From contig NC_087447.1 of the NCBI RefSeq assembly GCF_036321535.1, positions 35,094,001 to 35,158,000 on the forward strand: a DNA stretch of 64,000 bases, read 5' to 3'. Position 1 is the stretch's first letter. Each line of letters opens with the position of its first letter. The position numbers were made by a program, and so were the translations under genes. The notes under the pieces are model-generated. The model saw nothing but the letters and a program-made list of their open reading frames with translations. It was not told the DNA's origin and did no database searches. Shown piece by piece: positions 1 to 14,000 of this stretch. The DNA comes from Camelus dromedarius. Its lineage: Eukaryota.

Positions 1-699
1 TATACACATGAAACTAATATACTGTTATATGTCAGTTATACCCAATTAAGAAAAATTGTTAAATACTTAGATAAAATTAGAAGAAGAGTTTGATTCTAAG
101 AACTGCTGATATAGTAGAAATAGTACTAGGATGTTTCTATTATATACTGACTTTCGATCCTAGCTGCACTTTAGAATTATATGGGAAGCTTTTTAAAAAT
201 GTTGTCCAGACTCTTCCCATTGAAGCAGAAACTTTGGGGCAGTGGCCTGGATGTTGGTATGTTTCAGAGTTCCTTAAGTGTTTCTGATATGCAGACAGAG
301 CTGAGTATCATTGTGCTTAGGGGAGGAGAGAGCAAGATGAAAAAAGTAGAGGATTTCCTTAGTAAGAAAAAGATTGCAGTGGAAAGGAAAACTATTTTTA
401 TTTATACCTTGCTTATTTCCAAAATGGGTTTGAGGTAAGTTGTGAAAGTTGCCACTGTACTGTTAGGTCCTTAAGGGCTCTGGAACCCTCTCTGGGTCCT
501 TGAGACTTGGAAGGGCCACTGCTGGCTTCCTTGTTTTGTGGTTGTCAGTCTTTAGTTATCCTCTTAATCTTCACTGCCGACCAAGTCCTGTCTTCACTGT
601 CTCTCCACTCCCCTGGTGGGGGTACTCTTTCCTTCACTGTACAGAGGAGCCATCACTAGAATGGTGAATAAAGTTGAGAATGCAAAAAAAAAATTGCCA

Positions 700-910
700 A
701 CCTGTCATGGTCTATTTACCATGTCATGTACTGTTCTAAGCATTTTACATACCTTAACTAATTTTATCCTCACAACAACCCTGTGAGTTAGGAGCTTTTA
801 TTCTTCCCATTTTATAGAGGAAGGAGTTGAGGCACAGAGAAGTTAAGTAACTTGCCTAAAATCATATAGCTAATAATGTGTGGAACTAGGAATTGAACCT
901 AGGCATTCCA
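700..910 (-). mobile_element. MIR SINE
   Basis: cccattttatagaggaaggagttgaggcacagagaagttaagtaacttgcctaa, MIR core; approximate ends. Confidence 0.75.
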
Positions 911-1908
911 CTCTCCTAAGAGGACATGTTCTTAAATACAGTGAAAGATATATGCAATAAAACTATGAAAGCAGGAATAAATATTGGGAGATACAATAGA
1001 ATGGCTAGGATAATTGGTCAGATTTCTAATTTAAGGTGAATTTTTGCACTTATATTAGGTTTAACTTTGGGCTTTCTGTAGACCAAAGCAGTCAGAGATT
1101 TTGGCTCTCAGTTAGCATGCCTTACGTGGTTCCATTGTACATGGTTTGCGGTTATATGGTACATGAACATGGAAGAGCCTTCACTTGGGTTCCTATCTCA
1201 GTACTGTAAAATTTAAAAACCACTGGAGAAAGTGACTACTGAGGTCATTTTCAGCTCTAAGCTCTATGTATCTAACCCAGCTTGTATGTTACGTTATAGT
1301 ATCTGCAATTAATGAGCAACTTGAGGGCCAATATCAAATTCATCTTTGCTCATTCATTCATTTGTTCATTTATTCATTCATTTGTTCTTAGTTATATAAG
1401 AAACTTTTATTGAGCAGCCAGTTTGTTAGGCACTATACTTGGTGCAGGGGACATAGAAATGAGCAATACATAATTATCCCCAGAAGTTCACAGTGTAAAA
1501 GGAGAAACAGACTTGTAGGCAGATAACTTCAATGCAGAATAAGTATAAAAATAAGAGTGTCCATTACCTTTCAAGAAAGGTGCAATAGCTCTGCTTGGGT
1601 GGAGCAAAAAAGGTTATGTAGAGAAGATGTTGTATCCCCAACTCCTAGCACAGTAGGTTCTATAAATATATATTGAATTGAATTGAATGAGCTGGCCATT
1701 GTCTTAACTAAGTTTCTGTAAATGTTATGCTGGTGCTTTAATGGGAACATATTTCCAATCTGAATATGGATGAAAATAGAGAAATAGTCCTCAAGTTATC
1801 AATAAACTTGACTAGACTACGTGTCTTAAAAGGCCACCTATGCCATAAATACAATGTGTGTGCTTCATTATTATTTGAAGATGTGTTTGTTTATTTTGTC
1901 TCAAATAG

Positions 1909-2072
1909 GTAATACATATAACATACCAATTCGTTTGTGGATTCTGGATTCTCACCCTTTTGCTCCCCCCATTTGCTTCCTAAAGCCAACTGCAAATATG
2001 AGAATTTCAGTTGGAAAACATGTGGATGCTCAAGGCAGAATATACTTGCCCTATCTCCAAAGCTGGAGCCAT
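1909..2072 (+). CDS. UEVLD: UEVLD exon 4 (164 nt, UEV domain)
   Basis: tcaaatag|GTAATACA...AGCCAT|gtaaga; (G)[54 protein letters not shown]. Confidence 0.96.
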
Positions 2073-5000
2073 GTAAGATCAATATGTATTTTCTTTTAAA
2101 AGTTTCTGTTTTTTTGAATGTTTATCTTTGATCCTAATGGTACAAATAAGTTACTTAATTTTCTTTCAGTGATATTCTTCATATGGTCTTTAGAAGTAAT
2201 TTGAAATTGAGCTCCCTGGGGTCACCCAAGCCCCAGAACCCTGATGACGGCATGAAGCTGCTCTCTCCAGGTCTGGGAGCCAACCATTGTTTGCTCCCTG
2301 TCTGTTTATAGTCCCTGCTGTTTGATAAGGCAAATAAAAAGCTACTAGCAAAATATTGGGGCATTATTTCCTAGTCCCTCCCTGGTAAAAATACATAATA
2401 CATGTATTTATTTATACTTTTTCCTCTTTTTTAACCTGTATATAAATTGAATCACTGCATGTAATCTTCTATTACATGCTTTGTTTTAACTGAGCATTAA
2501 GTTTTAAGTTTTAAAAATCCCACAATGATGCATATAACTGTAGTTTATGTGTTTTACAAGTCCTCATAATTATGCAGTTTTGTATTCTGTAATTTTTCAT
2601 CTATCATTATGGAGCATTTTCCCACATTAAACAATATTTTTAAAACAGATGGTTTTTATTGGTTGCCTGATGATCCAGTGTAAAATATTACATTATATAT
2701 TTATAAAATGCCCTGTTAGAAATTTGATAATGAGCATCCTTATATATAAATACATATAAATATAAATGTGTATATCTTATAAATCTTTAATAATTTCCCA
2801 ATGATAAACCTCTAGGAATGGAATTATTCGATCAAAGTTTAAAAATTCTTATATATTCCCAAGTTGGCCTCCAAGAGGTAGACAAAATGTTGTAATTCTA
2901 TCATCAATAAAGATTAGTGTAGAGGGTACCGGTTTTAAGTACCCTTGCCCTAACAGAAGACATTGTCATTAAAACAATACAAACTTTTCTTATCTCTATG
3001 GTTCATTTACTTAGAAGGATGTAAAGTGTGCTCTCATTTCTGTAAGTAAGTAAAACTTTTGTGAAAGGATATTATAATACATGTGTATGTACCCAGAAAT
3101 TTGTAAGACAGGAGGACAGGGATATGTCAGAGATGAGTGAGGTTGAAGTAAAGGATGACATTAGGATTATCACTTCTTATTTTATATACATCCTGTAAAA
3201 AAGTGTGTAATTGTGAATGCATATCATTTTGTTTTATGGTTTTCTATATTTTTCATATGTATAAAGCTTTTTAAAAGAAGAAGAAAAAGAAATAGAAAAA
3301 GAAAGAAAGATATACCAAATTGTCAGTAGAGGAGTTTAGGTGGGGAAACATTGACCTTTTAGTTTATGAACTTGTATATTATTTGCATTACTTAGTGATT
3401 TAAATAATAAGATTGCCAGTTAGATGTGATGAATAGGGCATAATAAAAATTTGTCAGCTGGAAGGACAAAAATGATGTCTTAATGTTTAGTTGTTTGGTT
3501 ATTTGAGAAATTGAAATCTTTTTTCATATATTTGTTTATCACATGTTTCTTCTTTTTTGAATTGTCTGTTTATCTCTTTCATCCATTTTTACTCCCCTTT
3601 TTTAAAAAAAAACAAACCTGTCGTTTAACAGCATTTTAACATCTGTGTCCTGTTGGGGGAATTCATCCTTCCTGTTTCCTCTTTCTGGTTTTTTTTGGCA
3701 TCTCTTTGCATAATTTTGTTTGTTTAGTATATAGTCTTATAATCTAGTTGAGGTTGTGCTTAATTTCGGTTCAGACAGTATTGATTTCGTTTACTATTCT
3801 GAACCTCTTTATTATAAGCTAAAACTTGTGTTAAGAAGACATTATATTATTTAAATGACCCTATTTAAAAGTACTACATTAACTTTAAGTTCCACATGCA
3901 GTTGGAATTATATAGAGTTTTGGAGCTAAAAGGAATCTAGAGGTTGTCTAGGCCAAAGATGCCAGACATTTTCCCCAAGAGATACAGTGTGCTCCATTAG
4001 GCCTGTAGAATTTTGAACAGCACAGTGGTTTTGTTTTGCTTTGTTTTGTTTTATTCTTGATAAGAATTTGAATGACGATATGGTATACTGTTTCCAATTT
4101 GCCACAATAACCATCTCCCCAAATTTTCTTATACTTGAGAACTTCACACATTATGTTGTCTGCTTTTGAATTTTTTATTCTAATGGCCTCATCCTCTCAA
4201 GTTATAAATAGTAAAACCCAGATTCTGAGAAATTAAGCAATTTTTAAAATGAGCAAGCCACTATTCCTAATAATAATAATAATAAACATATTTATACTCT
4301 CAACATATGATTTGCATACATTAGCTCATTTGTTTCTCATATTTATTGGAATTTATTAGTTACATTGTGTTGATGATACTGATGCTCAGAGAGATTAAGT
4401 GAATTTCACTAAAATTGCTTAACCAGTTAAATTAAAAGAAACAGTACTGGATTAGATAAATACTTTAATCAGTATTAATTTTCTGATTTGATAATAGTTA
4501 TATAGGAGAATGTCTGTTTTGTTTTGCTTTTCCTTTTAGGAAATATATGCTGAAGTATTTGGATGTGTAGGGGTATCATATCTTCAGTATACTCTCAATT
4601 GGTTCAGAAAATAGAGAAAAAGGGACTAAGAAAGCAAATGTGATAAAATGTTAACATTTGAGTGATCTGGGTGAAGAATATATGGAAATTCTTTGTACTA
4701 TTTTTTGCAACTTTTCTGTAAGTCTGCAATTATTTCAAAATAAAAAGTTAAAAAAAGACAGACAAGGCCATTCCCAAATGTAGGTGCTCTGCTAGTACGC
4801 ATATGCATGCTATTTTCTCACTTTTTTGAGATGTGGATTTAGCATTTCTCCCTTTATTTTTCAGTTAAAAGAATTAAGTAATTTTTCAGTTAAAAGTATT
4901 AAAACAGTGAAAAGTATCACATAATTTGTATGGTGGTTTTCGAAAAATGAGACCATGAAGCAATACTTTTGGCTAATCCTGTAACAATGTATAGGTTAAC

Positions 5001-8000
5001 AAGGTAGTATTCTTTAGGAAAAATTTTGCGTAACTTTTACCTTTGTGTATGTTCTGCAGCCTAAATCTGTCATTGTTGGATTAATTAAAGAAATGATTGC
5101 CAAGTTTCAAGAGGAACTTCCCCTGTATGCTTTATCATCATCTGACGAGGCACGGCAGGTGGACTTGCTAGCCTATATTGCAAAAATCACTGAAGGTTTG
5201 TGTTTTTATTAAGCAGAGAGCTATGCGTTTACAATTTCTCACTAATATCTTTTACTTCTACTACTTGATTTCTATAAATAAATACATACTTGTAGTATAT
5301 GTACATATCTGTGTTGAATCAAAAATTCGTGTAAGTTTATCATGGGGTATTACCATACAGTTCCAATGAATATGGTTTCTTAAAATGTAAAAGATTACTT
5401 TTATACTGACAGACAAAATAATTCATGTTTTGTTCAAAACCACTTGATATATATATAATGATTCCAAACCTTTTTCATTATATGTTTTATGTGACTTTTT
5501 GCCTCATTCAGTATATTGGACCAAAAAACCTATGATTCTCATTGTTTCTCATTGAGGATAAAGCAGAATACCTATGCTTGCAAAATTTAGTAAGTGTTAA
5601 ACATTTTTTTGCATTATAGACTAGAGCAGTAAGAATCACAGTGTTTTTCAGAATTATGGAAATCCTATTTTTTTAGAGTCATATAATTTTTGAATGTTTG
5701 GAAAGATATTTTCTTTTTTAAATGGTAGCCTCTATTTATTAGAATATTTAATATGAGATTCCTGTCTTTCTTGCATTTCATTTGTCCAGCAGTATTTTTG
5801 AGTGCCTATTATGGAGTGCCTCATACCATGCTTTCTGTCCAAGTTATTGAAGTTTGGTGTATTTTTTTTAAGATGCTGAAAAGATTTTTGATATTATTTT
5901 TAGATTCTCATGATAATCCATTTTTCTTGCTAGGTGTCTCAGATATAAATTCAAAGAACTGGGCAAATTATGAGAATAAAACAGTCAATAAAATTACTGT
6001 GATTGGAGGTGGAGAACTGGGAATTGCCTGCACGTTAGCAACTTCAGCAAAGGTATGTAAGCATAGTGGTTATAATAAATACATCTGTCATATTGCTACA
6101 CTTAGGCAGTTTCTGTTTAATACACAAGAAATAATGGCTTCCTTTTGTCATGTGGGAAAACCTCATTTTGCCTTAAAATATATTTAGTAAGTTGACAAAA
6201 AATAGCTGAAAGCTCTCATCAGTAATGTTGCTTCTTAATTAGTAGTTAGTCATGGAGTAGGCTTTGAAAATGTGTTTTGAACAATGGGCTCATCATCCTA
6301 ATCCAAGAGAAACCTCAACTTGACATTCATCTGACTTAGTCACAAATTCTTTTTTGTTTTCTGAGTCATGCTGCTTTAATTAAACTCTTTATTTAATATA
6401 ATACTTAATTTAGCTCTTTCTAAAATTAGCATTTTTTAAAACAGTTGCCTTTTCTTGTGTAATTGCTCCACTTTCTTTTAGGATCATAGTTCCTGATTTG
6501 GTATTTTCCACTAGTTTGAGATTTGCTAATTTTTCCATCAGTCCTTTTTACTAGATCTTTTCTGTATAAATTATTTTCAGAAAGGCTTAAATCCCTCTCC
6601 AGAGAGGTTCACAAGACCCTCCAGGGCCCAGTATTTTGGTAATAGCATGTCTGTGTCATTTGAGGGATGTAGCCCAGAATAGACGAACTTTCCCTCTATA
6701 TGTTTATTTGGTAATTGGCGTTTGGCTTTATTTTCTATTCAAATTTGATTGTTTGCCATCTAAATTCTTCCTTTTATATTTAAGATCACATGTGTCTTGG
6801 AGGTAGGTTCTACTTCATTAATTGAATAATAAAATTGTATCCAGGGAGCTAGACGATTTTAAAACCTGGCTGTTCAGAACAGTATATGCTAACTTTTGAC
6901 ATACTATAGTTTCATTTCCTCCACCATCTGAATGCACTCTTCTTAATTGGAATTTGAATTGTTTGCAGTTCTTTTGCTACTAAATAGAATGTATGAACAT
7001 TGCCTTACAAGTTGCTTATTTTCTTGTCTGAATTTTCTTTTAGGTGTACATAATCTCAGAAATAGTACTAGTGAGTCAGAGGGTTTGGATGGTTTTTACG
7101 GTACTTATTACATATTGCTAGATTACTCTTCAGAAAGGCAGAACTAGTTTATGCTGCTAATAACAACGTGCCCATCAGCCTGAGTTTTGACATCCCTGGC
7201 AGTATACTGAGTTTTATCCATTTTATTTGTTTTTGGTAAGTATAAGAAGGCCCCTTAAAGTCATATTTCTTTAACTGTTAGAAGTCTATCAGGATTTCTT
7301 TTTTTTAAACTTTATTTATACATTTTTAATTAAAACAATAGGCATAAACCAAAAAGAAGGGGAAAAAAATCAGGATAAAGTGTCACTGCCATTTTGTTTG
7401 CAGGGAGGTATCAGGAAATGGAACAAATTACCAGGAAAACATTCTAAGATCATCCCAAAGCAGCTAGGTTACATGTTACATGTAAATGCCAAAATTCGAT
7501 ATTAGCCCACTTAATCTACAAATGAAAAAAGGGAGTCAAAGTTTATCCATTTAGTACAAGACTTTTTACATTAAATACACGGTGATTCATTTCTCAGAAA
7601 GTGATAGCAGTAACTCTTGGAAGAAAGAAGGCCGCATCGCACGATGACTAGAAAGGCTCCAGCGCAGCCCCGCAGCCGCGCTGCGCTCCCTCTGTGCCGT
7701 GCGCTGCTTGGGGCGCTGCTCTACTCTGGGCGCTGTGCGTCTCAGCGGAACGCAGGACCGCACGTGGGCTTTAGAGAGGTAGCAATAGTTGTATTTTGGC
7801 TTTCATTCTAGATGCATAAGGTAGTTAAGGCGACAGTTCAAGCATGTTAAGTGAAGGTAGTTAAAATTTAATGATAATCAACACGCTTTCTTGCAAGCTA
7901 CAAACACTGTATAATGCTTACCTGGAATGGAACCAGTGTTTCTTAATTGGTGTTTTACACACAGAACTAAAAAGAAAAGTAATCATTCTAAATGTACTAT

Positions 8001-11000
8001 GGTAACACGATAAAAATGCAGATATACCATAGAACTAAAGTAATGTGAACAGCACTACTTGATTCCTAAGATAAAGGTGATTGATTCTAACAAAAAAACT
8101 GAGTCTGTATCAATCATCTTAATCACGGGGCTTGCAAAAGCATCAGGCTTCCAGTAAAGAAACTAGCCTACGACAGTCAGTAAATCTTCAAAGTGTTCAC
8201 ATCTGTAAAACCAGGATGAGGCTACAACTGTCTTGAAGTCTGAACAAGATATCAGATCAAACAGTAAGATTCCCAGCCCTACTGTAAGACAGAAGGTCCT
8301 CATGCAGCATGTGCTCTCTGGCTCCTAGAAAGCTTTGTGTGCATAATATGAAGTTAAGTTTCCAAGGAAGTAAACTGGAGAAGTTCAGCGAGCATCGCTG
8401 TGCGGTGACTCTTACACCTCAGGAATGGTGTGATCCATCAGGCTCTTCATGATGCTCGGGGCGATCCGTTTAATAATACGTTCAAAGATAAAAGCAGGCA
8501 TGATTATAGCGGTAACTACACTCCCAGCTGTTGACAGTATGCCTGCGATTTGAGAGTCCTTCAGTCCAATGACTTTCTGCCCGTTGACCTTGCAGATGTT
8601 GTGTTCTGTGAGAAGCCCGTTTCTGGCTGCAGAACTGTCTTTCACTATGGATATTATCTTCCCGTTTTTAAAGATAAAGCCGACATGTCTGATATTGTCC
8701 TTTTGCATGGTGATTGTTCATTTAAAGGGCCTGTCACAAATGGTCACGGTCACCTTCTCTCCAAAGGCCTGTTGGAGCACCTTGTGTGCCCTGTCGGAGC
8801 TCCAGCCCTCACAGTTCTCCCTGTTGATCTGGAGCACCTGGTCCCCGAATCTCAGACCAACCAGTGAGGCTGGGGAATTGTCCTGGACTAGCTGAACAAG
8901 TAAACCATTATCTATTGATTTAAGACTGAGCCCAACCCAATTTTTCCATCTTGATCCTTATACAAAATGACTTCACGTATCTCTTGCTTAATTTCTGCTC
9001 TGTGGATTCCAACATCATTACCAGTTATAGGAGCCACCATATATTTCATATTGGAAGGTCTTGCTACCATCTGCCCCTGAATTGGTGCTCCAGGGACCAT
9101 GCCCATATTTGCACATATTTCTTCTTCATTTAAACTCAGGCCCATGTACTGAGAGAGCTCAGGATACAGTTTAAGATAGAGATTTCCATCCTGAGATATG
9201 GGAGCCGAAGCCTCAAGACAAAATTGCTGGGTTGGCAGGGTTTGCAGAAAAGGCAATTTGAGCCTGAATCACTTTGTCTACCTTCAGGTCTTCAAGACTT
9301 TTTTTTTTAAATTTTTTTTTGGAGGGGGAGGTAATTAGGTCTATTTATTTATTTTTAGAGGAGGTACTGGGGATTGAACCCAGGACCTTGTGCATGCTAA
9401 GCATGCGCTCGACCACTTGAGCTACACCCTCCTCCACTTCAGATCTTCAAGAGATGGGTACAGAGACATTTTTGCAGGATTTTGCTAGCCGCAGCCTCCG
9501 GTCACTGGCTTGAACTTCCGAGACCCCACTAACAGTATTTCTTTGTCTGTGAACTGTCTAGATAGAAAATTTTTCCCATTTTTCCTTTTAAACATAAATA
9601 TTTTTGTACAAAGTGCAATATTCAAGTGGTGCAATAATATTCAAGTAGTGCAGTAGTAGTCATAGTAGCAGTAGTTGTGGTGGTAGCAGCAGTAAGTAAC
9701 CTTTACTAAATGCTTACTAGGAGGTGGGCACTCGTCTAAATACTTGATTCATTTTTACAACAACCTTATGGCTTAGGTACTATCATTACTGTCATTTTAC
9801 AGATGAAGAAACCAGGGCATAGGGAGGTTATCCAACTTGCCAAAGTCACACTATTAATAAAAGGAGCCAGGGTTTGAAGCTAGGCAATCTATTTACAGAG
9901 CTTGCATTCTAGATCCTTACTATCCAATGTATGGCATTGGCATTATCTGAGATCTTATGAGAAATACATAATATCAGGCCCTACTCCAGATCTAAGGAAT
10001 TAAATCTATATTTTAACAAAATCCCAGGTGATCCATGTGCATCACTGATCTAGTAAATGGTGATCCCTTAAAGCTTGAGAAGCTCTACTCTAAGCAACTA
10101 TGTTACACGCCTCCTTGTGGTTGTAGTTGTTAGTGATAGACATTTAGGTTGTTTCTAGTCTTCTGAATATCTTTACACGTATTATTTTACATATGTACTA
10201 ATAAACTTGTAGGATAATTTCTACAAATGACGTTGATGGATTAAAGGATTTATTGTGTTTTTAAATTTGGATAGAAATTGTCACATTACCCCCTGTATCA
10301 ATTGTACAAGCTTATTCTCATACCCACAGTGTATGAAAATACCTATTTTCCTGTACTGCTGTTATTAAACTTTGGGATCTTTGCATGTCTGATAAATGAA
10401 AAATGGTAACTCATAGTTTTCTCTGCATTTCTCTTATGAATGTGGTTAGCATTAATAAAATTAATAGGTGCAATATAGAGAGGACTGCTCTCTGCCAGCA
10501 CTGCATCTCAGTAAATCCTCATGACTCCATAAATAAGACCGAGTTCAGTGATTTGCCTGGTGTTACAGAGTTAGTAAGTAGTATAGCTGAGTTGTTTTCT
10601 TAACTTGTACACTTCCTGCTTCATAGTCTAGTAGATCCCTGGGTGGTCTTGCCCCTGCACCCTAAGATAGGAGAGATGCTTATATCCCTTACTACTTTGG
10701 AAAAAGGACTTCCACAAAGGTAAACCGACTCTTAGGAGTTTCCATCCTGTCGTTTATGATCAGCCCACCATGACATCCAGGGAGCCGTCTACAGGCATGT
10801 GGAATATTTTCTGTGAGATCTCTGGGGAGAGAGGTGCATGATAATTGGGTTTTATTTTAGCTCTATGACTATTATCTCTTTTTTCAAGGGAAACTTGGCA
10901 TTAGTGTTGATTTTCATGCTAGAAATGAGGTGCTAAAAGAAACCCAAAAAGTCACTCAATTCTTTCAGAATAGAAATTATGACCTAAAATGGAAATATAA

Positions 11001-14000
11001 ACTCAAGAACAATAGCAAATGTATTGAGTGCACCATATAATCTTTATTACTCATTATCCCCTCAAAACAAACCTGCAGTCTGTGACTTCTGACTTAAGCC
11101 CTGTTAGATCCCAGTTTTTAGTTACACCTAAATGATCACATTATTCAAGTGCGTAATATTTTCTTGCTTTCATGTCTCTTTTACTGCTGTTGTGTTACTT
11201 TTCCTTTGTAAGACAGCACATGAGGCCTATGCATTCATTCTCGCTTAGCTCTCACTTCTGAATGAATTTAAACTGAGTAACTGGCCATGTCCAGTGTAAT
11301 GCTGTTCTTTTTCTTATTGTACAGGGCATTGCAGACAAACTGGTCCTTTTAGACCTCTCAGAAGGGACTAAAGAAGGGATGATGGATCTTGACATCTTCA
11401 GCCTGCCTAACGTGGAGATCAGCAAAGGTCTGGTTATTCTGCTTTAAAGATTTTTGCCTTGTTTGCTCCTATATTTCAGTCCCAGAATTTTTTTGTAGAC
11501 TTTATTTTTTAGAGCAGTTTTAGGCTCAGAGTAATATTGAGAAGAAGGTACAGAGATTTCCTGTTATCCCCTGCCCCGACCCATGCATAGCCTCTGCATT
11601 GTCCATATTCCCTACCTGAGTGGTACAATTGATGTACCTACCAACATGATTATCATCCATAGTTTAGAGTTCACTCTTGGCTTTGTATATTCTATGGGTG
11701 TGACAAATCTATGACATGTATCTACCATTATAGTGTCATACAGAGTAGTTTCTCTGCCCTAAAAATCCTTTTGCTCTGTCTAGAGTCCTAGAATTTTAAT
11801 GCTGAAAGCACCGTAAAGATCATTTAGTCTACATCCCTCATTTTACATATTGGGAAACTAAGATTCATATAAATTAAAGGATCTACCCAAAGTCATGCAG
11901 AGACTGCAACTAATTATGTTAAAAAGAGTCAGATAAACAAATAACATTCAGATTGTTTACAAGGGTTTATTCTTGGTCCCTGGCTTATACCTTAGTATAA
12001 ATTTGTTTTTTCTGATTGTTTCCTTTTTCATAACATACTGGTTAAGAACACTGATTTTAGAGTTAGATAGATGGAGGTTTGCACACTATCTCTGCTACAT
12101 AATAGCTCTTACATTTGTCGGATTATATAATTTCTCAAAGTTCAGTTTTATTATCTGTAAGGTGGGAATTAATACCTACCTCTTGGTGTATAGCAGAGTG
12201 CTAAACCGAGATTTTTTTTAATTCAATTCACATTGCTTTCACTAAAAATATATTGTTAAAATAAGTTTTAATAAGAACAAAAAGGGGTTTTGTACCATTA
12301 ATAAATACAATTTATAATGTTAAATACAATTTATAATGTTAAAAAAGTAATTTTTATTTGACCTTTTAAATTTAAAAATGTGCATATAGTTAATAATTTA
12401 CATAATATGTTAGTACAGATATGTATATGTAGGTATAAATACCATATTTTGGGATGTAAGCTTAAAAATATTTTATTACCAGGATGCATGATCAAAAAAA
12501 ATGCTGGAAGACCACTGAACTAGAGAGTTTAGTCTTCCAAAGCCAGGTTATAGCTAGAGTCAGGTTGTAATATGTATAGTTGCTTAGCTTTTCTTTGCCT
12601 TTCCTTACTCAGGTCTCCTGTATCCTTGACCACATTTTCCAAATAAAATGTCAAGACATATGGTTTCACAAACCTGTATATACTAAGAACCACAGTGGGT
12701 CAAAAAAGTTGAAATTATACCTATTGGGTATAAAAATTGGGTGTAATAATTCTGGCAAGCCTCTGGATCTCTGTAGGATACAATGGATTTATTTTCCTTC
12801 TCTGGAAAGGGTGCAATAGTTGCTTTAATGATCCTTTTGTAGGCCTCGTATAGAGGATCCCTTGGGGAGCTGGATATTCTCCTGTGCCTGTTATTTCCAG
12901 GTCCTGAAGTTCTTAAGGGACCTTTTAATTCTTGCAGATCACTCCAGGAGACTTTAGTACATGGACCCTAGGGGTTGTGAGGCTATTTAGGACCTGAGGA
13001 AATTGTTTCTTCCTATGTGTCTCATTAACTATCAATGACTATTATTTCAGATAATTGCAAGAATAGAATCCTTGGAGTAGGTGTATATGGCATGGTGCTT
13101 GCCACCAAGTAAGGTGTTTTGAATGAATGAGCACTATATTGGGGCAGCTTTCACGTTCCCCTTGTTAACTTTGGTTGTACATTCCTGATAACACTTAATT
13201 ACTATTACATGAAGTAATTTAAAATATAATGTTAACGAACATCTCATAAATATATGGTCTCTGATATGAAGAAGTACATGAATAATTTTGGGAAATTAAG
13301 CTCATTTGGAAATTTTAGTAATGCCCCGTCATGACAAGCATTGGTGATTGCAACTGACTGATCATCCTAGAGTTGTACTTTGTTCCATTTGGATTTTTAA
13401 AAAATAGCTACTCTAATACTTTGGGGAGGGATATACATATGTATATATAAGCCTGTAAATCTACATACTGTACATACATAAACAAACTGTGTGCATAGAC
13501 TAAATCTGGAGAATACTAAGAAATTGTTAAGAGTAGTTGCCTCAGGAGTCAGATTGGCGAAACTGGTTCTGTACTTGTTTTTTGACTTAACATTTTTATC
13601 CCTTTTTTTATTGTGCTAAAATACATATAACATAAATTTACCATTAGTAACGTTTAATACATTCACAGTGTTTTGCAACTGGTACCACTATCTAGTTCCA
13701 GAACATTTTCATCACTCCAAAAGGAAGCCCTGTACACATCAAGCAGTCACTCCCCATTTTCCCCCTCCCCGGGCCCTGGCAGTCACTAACCTGCTCTATG
13801 GATTTGCCTCTTCATATATTTCATTTCAATGGAATTATACAGTGTGTGGCCGTTTGTGTCTGGCTTCTTGCACTTAGCATGATGTTTTCTAAGTTCATCC
13901 ATATTGTAGCATGTATCAGTACGTCAGTCCTTTTTATGGCTGAATAACATTCTGAATTATGGATATGCCACATTTTATTTATCCATTTATCTATCAGTTG

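Noticed and set aside
8412..8708. Open 98-aa ORF covering most of syntenin PDZ2 and the C-terminus
   Set aside because: Remnant downstream of an in-frame stop and two frameshifts; lacks the start of the domain, shows non-conservative changes, and has no visible promoter.
8550..9133. Plus-strand ORFs overlapping the retrocopy
   Set aside because: Antisense shadows of a former coding sequence.
4856..9700. Short imperfect duplications (4856-4905, 9613-9653) and GTA-rich repeat
   Set aside because: Ordinary slippage products; no spacer-repeat array or periodic structure.
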